A stretch of 64,000 nucleotides of DNA, taken from the NCBI GenBank assembly GCA_965197645.1, contig OZ240219.1, forward strand, positions 1,376,001 to 1,440,000. The letters run 5' to 3'. The DNA comes from Dehalococcoidia bacterium (GTDB lineage Bacteria; Chloroflexota; Dehalococcoidia; Plut-88900). Positions 58,493 through 64,000 of the stretch are shown here, piece by piece. Numbering within the stretch: the stretch's first letter is position 1; the number at the start of each line of letters is the position of its first letter. The notes beneath the pieces are model-generated. The model did not search any database and was not told the DNA's origin. It worked only from the letters and a program-made list of their open reading frames with translations. The position numbers and the translations under genes are program-made.

Positions 58493-59656
58493 CTAGGAGA
58501 CTTTATGGATGGTGCGCGGCAGCCCGCTCAGCGCCTCACACCCGTTCTCCGTAACCAGTACCGTCTCGCTGACCCCAACCCCATACTGCCCCTTCTCGAA
58601 CAGGATGACCGGCATATGGAAGGTCATACCAGGCTCGAGGACGTCGGCTGAGTCCGGCTCCAGGCTCAGGTTCCCACGATCGGCCCACATGATGCCGTTC
58701 TGGTAGCCTGTGCGGTGACGGAACACCTCGGAGCGGCCCGCTCCCTCGACGACATTTCGGCAGGCTGCGTCCACGTCGCCGGTGGTTGCACCCGGATGTA
58801 TGGCGTCGATAGCTGCCTGGAGGGCTTCTTCGGAGAGAGCGTGGAGCGATTCGGCGCCAGGATGGCTGCCTAGGACGGCAGACCGGCAGATGCCGCTGGC
58901 ATAGCCGTTCTCCCATCCGCCCAGCTCTGCAAACACAGGCTGATCACGGTCCAGCCGGTAGGACGTGGGGCGACCGTGAGGTAGAGCGGTGCGCGGCCCG
59001 AACAGCAGCGTGTAGGGACGTATCTGGCCACCGGCCTTCTCGACGGCACTGTTGATCTCCTGGGCGACCTCCGCCTCTGATACTCCCTCTCGCAACGATC
59101 GATGAAGGGTGTCGATGGCAACGCGGGTGAATGTAGTCGCCCGGCGCATCACCTCTATCTCAACGTCGCTCTTGACCGCGGCAACGGAGGGAACGACCCG
59201 AGTTGCGTCGACGATCTTCAAATCGGGGAGTTCGGCCTGCAGCCGGGCTACGTCCCACGGTGCCAGGTTCCAGCAGCCCAGCTCCAGTCCCAATCGTGCT
59301 CTCTCCAGACCGAATCGACGCAGCACATCGGCGACAGCCGGCGCCTGGTCTCCCTCCTGCCGGTAGGGTACGACATCCGATATGCAGCTCTCCGTTCTGA
59401 CCGCATCTTCGTCGTACTCCCGGACCACATAGGTCGGAGGATGGCCGGCGGCGAGAATCAATGGGAACGGAGCGAAGTAGCCGCCTGATCCGTTATAGCC
59501 CGATAAGTACTCCTGGTGGCTGTTGGCGGTGACGGCCAGAACGTCCACGCCAGCATTTTCCATCTTGTCGAGCACGGCGGCCTGCCGGCGTTCGTACTCT
59601 TCCTTCGAGAAGGGAACGCCGGTCATCGGGACCGAACCGGTGGTGACGGTAGCCAT
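58493..59656 (-). CDS. M24 family (creatinase / ectoine hydrolase-like) protein
   Basis: PFSKEEYERR, YLSGY, VKSDVEI, HRTGY, LEPGMTFH, SETVLVTE.G.E. Confidence 0.88.
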   Translation of the reverse strand: MATVTTGSVPMTGVPFSKEEYERRQAAVLDKMENAGVDVLAVTANSHQEYLSGYNGSGGYFAPFPLILAAGHPPTYVVREYDEDAVRTESCISDVVPYRQEGDQAPAVADVLRRFGLERARLGLELGCWNLAPWDVARLQAELPDLKIVDATRVVPSVAAVKSDVEIEVMRRATTFTRVAIDTLHRSLREGVSEAEVAQEINSAVEKAGGQIRPYTLLFGPRTALPHGRPTSYRLDRDQPVFAELGGWENGYASGICRSAVLGSHPGAESLHALSEEALQAAIDAIHPGATTGDVDAACRNVVEGAGRSEVFRHRTGYQNGIMWADRGNLSLEPDSADVLEPGMTFHMPVILFEKGQYGVGVSETVLVTENGCEALSGLPRTIHKVS

Positions 59657-59832
59657 TGGCTGCCTGCTGCTAAGTGTTTGGGATTTATCGAGGTATCAGT
59701 CTCGGAGAGGTCCCATCTACGAGGCCCTTTCAGAACCCAGCATTGAGGGAGTCTGAACGGTCTCTTTCCATTGAAGGCAGGTCACGAGACGCTGGAACTT
59801 CGTCTTCCGCGCCTGACCGATTGCAGGAGGGA

Positions 59833-60198
59833 CTAGTACTCTTCGCCGGGCTCGGGCAGGATCTCGCCGTTTTCCATGAACCAGGACGCCGGGGTCTCCT
59901 CGATTCTTCCGCCAATCTGGTCGGCAGGCACGCCTGCTATCTCCCGGAAGGCGCCGATCAGCTCATCCAGGATCTGCTGTCTGATCTCCGGCGGCCGCCC
60001 TGCCCGATTGTCTCCGTCGATGTAGTACGGAGTGGTATAGGGAGAACCGTTGGGTGGATTGTCGAAATACAGTACGTGGACGAAATCGCGGGGCGCTCCC
60101 GTAATGCCGCAGTGAACGTCGGTAAACGCCTCGGCTATCTTCGGTCGAACATCCAACGCGACCGATCCTTCGGGGATGAAACAGCGGTACAGTGGCAT
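59833..60198 (-). CDS. Tautomerase superfamily protein, cis-CaaD-like
   Basis: Pro1, His28, TGAP..FV.V, RAGR, ME.G.ILPEPGEE. Confidence 0.85.
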   Translation of the reverse strand: MPLYRCFIPEGSVALDVRPKIAEAFTDVHCGITGAPRDFVHVLYFDNPPNGSPYTTPYYIDGDNRAGRPPEIRQQILDELIGAFREIAGVPADQIGGRIEETPASWFMENGEILPEPGEEY

Positions 60199-60223
60199 GA
60201 TATCTCTCCCTTCAGCCGGACTG

Positions 60224-60562
60224 CTATCCCGAGTCCTTGCGGTCCACAGCCGATATGACGAGGTCATGAGTCGAGCAACCGGTTATCTCGCACCACATGG
60301 CCTCGACCTGCCTCATTAGCTTCGTTCTCAACTCCGGCGTGCATCCCGGCGGGATAGTACCCCCCACCAGGGACGTAGTAGAAGGCTCGCTGGCCCTGAA
60401 CCCGGAGCCCTTGGGTATATCCGTGTACTGGACCGTTACGGAGTCCAGGGGTTCGTTCAGCAAGGTGGAGCTGATGCGAGCCAATTCGGCCGTCAGATCG
60501 GGCCGTAAATCCTGGGGAACACATCCCTCTTGAACGATGCACTCGAACTCTATCATCGGCAC
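60224..60562 (-). CDS. Tautomerase superfamily-like protein
   Basis: N-terminal Pro after the GTG start; beta-alpha-beta pattern; S.V.G.IP.G...E.R..L. Confidence 0.65.
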   Translation of the reverse strand: MPMIEFECIVQEGCVPQDLRPDLTAELARISSTLLNEPLDSVTVQYTDIPKGSGFRASEPSTTSLVGGTIPPGCTPELRTKLMRQVEAMWCEITGCSTHDLVISAVDRKDSG

Positions 60563-60792
60563 TCTTGACGACGAACTATTTGAGGGACTCTAAGACCGGT
60601 TTTTGGGGCATGAAGATTCTAACACCCTCGGATGGTGTGGACAATTGAAGCATCCTCAAACAGAGCACTAGGATAAGCGGAGGCGGAGGCGGGATATCCT
60701 GTGGCGGGCTGGCATCTCCCCACGTCAAGCCACGACAGCGGTCATCATGGTCGGATAGACTACATAGTAACTTTATCGATGAGGACGTAGAA

Positions 60793-61551
60793 ATGACAGA
60801 CGGATTGGAAAACAAGGTGGCAGTGGTAACCGGTGGAGGATCGGGGATCGGGAGGGCGACGGCCTTAGCCTTCGTGCGAGAGGGAGCCAGAGTCGCCGTG
60901 GCGGACCTGGACGTAAGAGGTGGGGAAGAGACCGTGCAGCGGATTCAGGAGTCCGGTGGGCAGGGATTCTTCATACAGGCTGATGTCTCGGATGCAGGGC
61001 AAGTGGAACGGATGGTCAACCGGGTGATCGAGGTCTACGGAGGGTTGGACTGCGCATACAACAACGCCGGCATAGAGGGCATATGGGAGCGGGTCCCGGA
61101 CTATCCAGAATCCGATTGGGACAGGGTCATGGCCGTCAATCTCAAGGGCGTGTGGCTGTGCATGAAGTACGAAATTCCCCACATGCTCGGTCGGGGCGGC
61201 GCTATAGTGAACACCTCGTCGATCAGCGGCCTGGCAGCGAGCCCTCGAATGGGGGCTTACGTCGCCAGCAAACACGGCGTAATAGGCGTAACCAAGACCG
61301 CGGCGCTTGAATACGCCGAGCGAGGGATAAGGGTCAACGCTGTGTGCCCCGGCTCCATCGAGACGCCGATGGCGGAGCGACTCAAGTCATGGAGCCCCGA
61401 CGCAGAGCAGAGGATCATCGATAGTCACCCACTAGGCCGGGAGGGGTTTCCGCAGGAGATAGCCGAAGCGGTGGTCTGGCTGTGCTCCGATGCGGCGACC
61501 TTCGTCACCGGCCAGGCGATCTCGGTGGACGGCGGGTTTATGGCCCAGTAG
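60793..61551 (+). CDS. Short-chain dehydrogenase/reductase
   Basis: TGGGSGIG, NNAG, YVASK, VDGG. Confidence 0.95.
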   Translation: MTDGLENKVAVVTGGGSGIGRATALAFVREGARVAVADLDVRGGEETVQRIQESGGQGFFIQADVSDAGQVERMVNRVIEVYGGLDCAYNNAGIEGIWERVPDYPESDWDRVMAVNLKGVWLCMKYEIPHMLGRGGAIVNTSSISGLAASPRMGAYVASKHGVIGVTKTAALEYAERGIRVNAVCPGSIETPMAERLKSWSPDAEQRIIDSHPLGREGFPQEIAEAVVWLCSDAATFVTGQAISVDGGFMAQ

Positions 61552-61554
61552 GAG

Positions 61555-62331
61555 CTAGCGGCCGTTGCCTGGGTTGGACAGGGTGAAGAGGGTGTAGGAA
61601 TCGGTCCAGCTAATGGAATCGAGGTCCGGGTAGGCATTTTGTACGTTCTGCTGGAACTCCCTGAGTGCGTAGCTGAACTCGTCCCGCTCGTAGAGGGAGA
61701 AGGTGGAGTAGTGGCGGCCCTTCGCCTGCTCCAACAGGTCTTGGATGGAGGCCCGTCTCCGGAAGGAGAAGGGCGTGACCCTGACGTCGAACAGCTCGCT
61801 GCCGTGCCGTCGCAGCTCGGACTCGGTGTAGAGACGGTCCTCTTTTTCGCAGAAATCGGGGAAGAACCGGCCCCAGATGTGCTTGGTGTTCTGCTCTCGG
61901 AGCCTGGTATAGATGAAGGCCTTGCCATTGGGCTCCAGGACACGGCGGACCTCCGATAGAAATCCAGCGGCGTCGAAGTGGTGTATAGCGTTAAAGGTGG
62001 TGATTGCGTCGAGCTCGTTATCTGCAAAGGGCAACTCAGAAGCGCTGGCCTGGATGGGTATGAAGCTGGGCAATATAGCCGGGTCGACCCGGGCGACCAT
62101 CTCGTCCAACATGGCCCGGGTGAAGTCGACGCAAAACATGGTGGTATCCGGCCCGAGGTAATCGAACAGGAGCTGGGTATAGCGGCCGGTGCCGCAACCG
62201 ATGTCCGCTACCCTCAATCCGGGTTTTCGGTCCAAGGAACGCCATATCCTGTCGATTGGCGCTTCGTCCGTGGTCCTGAGTTCTCTGTAGACTGCCGCCA
62301 CAGAAGTAAAATGCTCCTGGACAGACTGCAT
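61555..62331 (-). CDS. Class I SAM-dependent methyltransferase
   Basis: DIGCGTG, LPFAD, HHF, RVLEPNG. Confidence 0.9.
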   Translation of the reverse strand: MQSVQEHFTSVAAVYRELRTTDEAPIDRIWRSLDRKPGLRVADIGCGTGRYTQLLFDYLGPDTTMFCVDFTRAMLDEMVARVDPAILPSFIPIQASASELPFADNELDAITTFNAIHHFDAAGFLSEVRRVLEPNGKAFIYTRLREQNTKHIWGRFFPDFCEKEDRLYTESELRRHGSELFDVRVTPFSFRRRASIQDLLEQAKGRHYSTFSLYERDEFSYALREFQQNVQNAYPDLDSISWTDSYTLFTLSNPGNGR

Positions 62332-62497
62332 TCTCCACCTCCGTCAGTGCAGATTAGTAGTAACCGTACGAGCGGCGAATATCGATCAGGACCGCTGATT
62401 GGCTGACCCCGATCGCTTCCCCCAGAAAGAACCGCCGCTTGCCTCGACCCTCGTTGACTCCTCCGCCAGATACAAGGGCCGGTGTGATTGTCGGGTA

Positions 62498-62574
<77 letters not shown>

Positions 62575-62711
62575 ACGCACGGGCACTAGACTAGCATAAA
62601 GCCCCAGCCTGTTCAATAGTTTACAAGCGAGACTGCTCGATGGAGGTTTCGGTCTCCCTTTGCCCACCATCGCGCAGATTGGGCCGGACTTGGCCGGCGG
62701 AGGATACGGTT

Positions 62712-62855
62712 GAGCATGCCTCAAAAGTACGGATGGCTTAGTCCCAACCGCCCACCCTCGGAAGGTTTTGTAGATGGAGGAATATCCCCCAGCCCCCACC
62801 ATTCAGGGAAAGAAACCCTCTGGACTCCTTCAAAGCGGTGTTCTGAGACTGACTC
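62712..62855. mobile_element. MITE family A copy (144 bp)
   Basis: TIRs GAGCATGCCTCAAAA / TTCTGAGACTGACTC; GGTT duplicated at 62708-62711 and 62856-62859; colinear with 15238-15380. Confidence 0.85.
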
Positions 62856-62925
62856 GGTTGGGTTATCTGCCAGCCTCCGGGGGCGTCGGGATCGACGTAA
62901 CATCGGGTATAATGGGGCGTTGGAT

Positions 62926-63597
62926 ATGAAGGTTCGGCAGCTACACAGGTGGGATATAGGCATCCAGGAGGCCAAAGAGGTACAACAAGGCCTCGCCTCC
63001 CGGGTCTCGACGGTCGATTCCCTGGCGTCTCCGAGGCACGTGGCCGGAATCGACATATCGGGGGCCGACGAGAAGGGCGTGGCGAAGGGAGCGGCGGTGC
63101 TGGTGAGTTTCCCCGGCCTCAATGTACTGGAGGTCTCGGTGGTGGAGGACGAGGTCAGCTTTCCCTACGTGCCCGGACTCCTTTCATTCCGGGAGTCGCC
63201 CCTGGTGTTGAAGGCACTGGAGGGCCTGTCCATAGAGCCGGACCTGCTCATGGTGGACGGCCAGGGCATGGCGCATCCCCGTCGATTTGGCATCGCCTGT
63301 CACGTCGGGTTGCTGCTGGACCTGCCGACCATCGGGTGTGCCAAGTCCCGCCTGTTTGGGACCCACGCAGCGCCGGGCAACGAGGTGGGTGACTTCTCGG
63401 AGCTGTACGACGGCGACGACGTGATCGGCATCGCTCTTAGGACCAAGGCGAAGACCAACCCGATATACGTTTCGGTAGGGCACAGGGTGGCCCTGGACTC
63501 GGCTCGCAGGTGGACTCTGGAATGCGGCGGAGGGTACCGGGTGCCGGAGCCTACCAGGTACGCTCATCTGGCCGCCGGCGGCAAACTCAAGACGTAA
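62926..63597 (+). CDS. nfi: Endonuclease V
   Basis: AGID, FPYVPGLLSFRE, DGQG.AHPRR.GIA, IGCAKS, PEPTR.AH; TATAAT at 62908. Confidence 0.95.
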   Translation: MKVRQLHRWDIGIQEAKEVQQGLASRVSTVDSLASPRHVAGIDISGADEKGVAKGAAVLVSFPGLNVLEVSVVEDEVSFPYVPGLLSFRESPLVLKALEGLSIEPDLLMVDGQGMAHPRRFGIACHVGLLLDLPTIGCAKSRLFGTHAAPGNEVGDFSELYDGDDVIGIALRTKAKTNPIYVSVGHRVALDSARRWTLECGGGYRVPEPTRYAHLAAGGKLKT

Positions 63598-63659
63598 TCG
63601 CCAAGATAGAAACAGGGAGAGCAACCAGGCCTCCCGGACTGAACAACGGAGACATCTAT

Positions 63660-64000
63660 ATGGAAGAGCAGAAACGGTTGGCAGGACAGCTGAGAGCGAG
63701 GACCACAGAGCTGTTGGACCGTCTTTGACATCTCCAGCAAGGAAAAAGAGGCCAAGAGGCTGGAAAAAGAGGCGTCCAGACCCGACTTCTGGAACGACAG
63801 GTCCAAGGCCCAGGCCACGATGCGCCAGCTTTCCAGGATCAACGAAGAGACCCGCATGTGGCGAGACCTGGAGCGGCGCATATCGTCGCTGGACGAGCTG
63901 ATAGACCTGTCGATGGCTGAGGAGGACCTTTCTCTCGAGGAGCAGATCGATGGAGAGCTGGGTGACGTCCAGAACGAGCTTGCCGATCTCGACTTGCGCC
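63660..64000 (+). CDS. prfB: Peptide chain release factor 2 with programmed +1 frameshift (partial)
   Basis: Short first ORF ends CTT TGA C (63723-63729); the +1 frame continues DISSKEKEAKRLEKEASRPDFWND. Confidence 0.93.

Noticed and set aside
62710-62925. MITE-derived N-terminal extension of nfi
   Set aside because: The frame is open, but TATAAT at 62908 and EndoV homology point to a start at 62920/62926.

Overview
GC-rich bacterial chromosome window. The gene content (three luciferase-like monooxygenases, an F420-type nitroreductase, three family III CoA-transferases, amidohydrolases, Pro/Thr-linker lipoproteins) suggests Chloroflexota/Dehalococcoidia of the SAR202 type; this is inference, not a classification. 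Positions 1-5.5 kb are the right end of an integrative element (T4 coupling protein fragment, tandem replication-relaxation protein, two HTHs, an RHH repressor and a large serine recombinase) next to tRNA-Ile(GAT). The recombinase ORF runs through the likely att site and ends antisense inside the tRNA. Next come an sdhA/sdhB/CCG-subunit operon lacking key succinate-catalytic residues, an IS481 remnant, and an unannotated 52-aa Cys-rich leaderless ORF ending Cys-TGA plus a SECIS-like hairpin. Further on are an HNH+DGQH protein, a type IIG-like R-M gene, many catabolic enzymes, a Zn-finger microprotein/dnaJ cluster, hicB-hicA, a TPP riboswitch with thiG-thiO-thiS, a HEPN/GIY-YIG-like pair, a cis-CaaD-like tautomerase pair, tRNA-Pro(GGG), nfi and frameshifted prfB. 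A ~143-bp MITE family occurs several times; one copy sits in frame at the start codon of a CotH-LTD gene. No CRISPR array or rRNA was seen.
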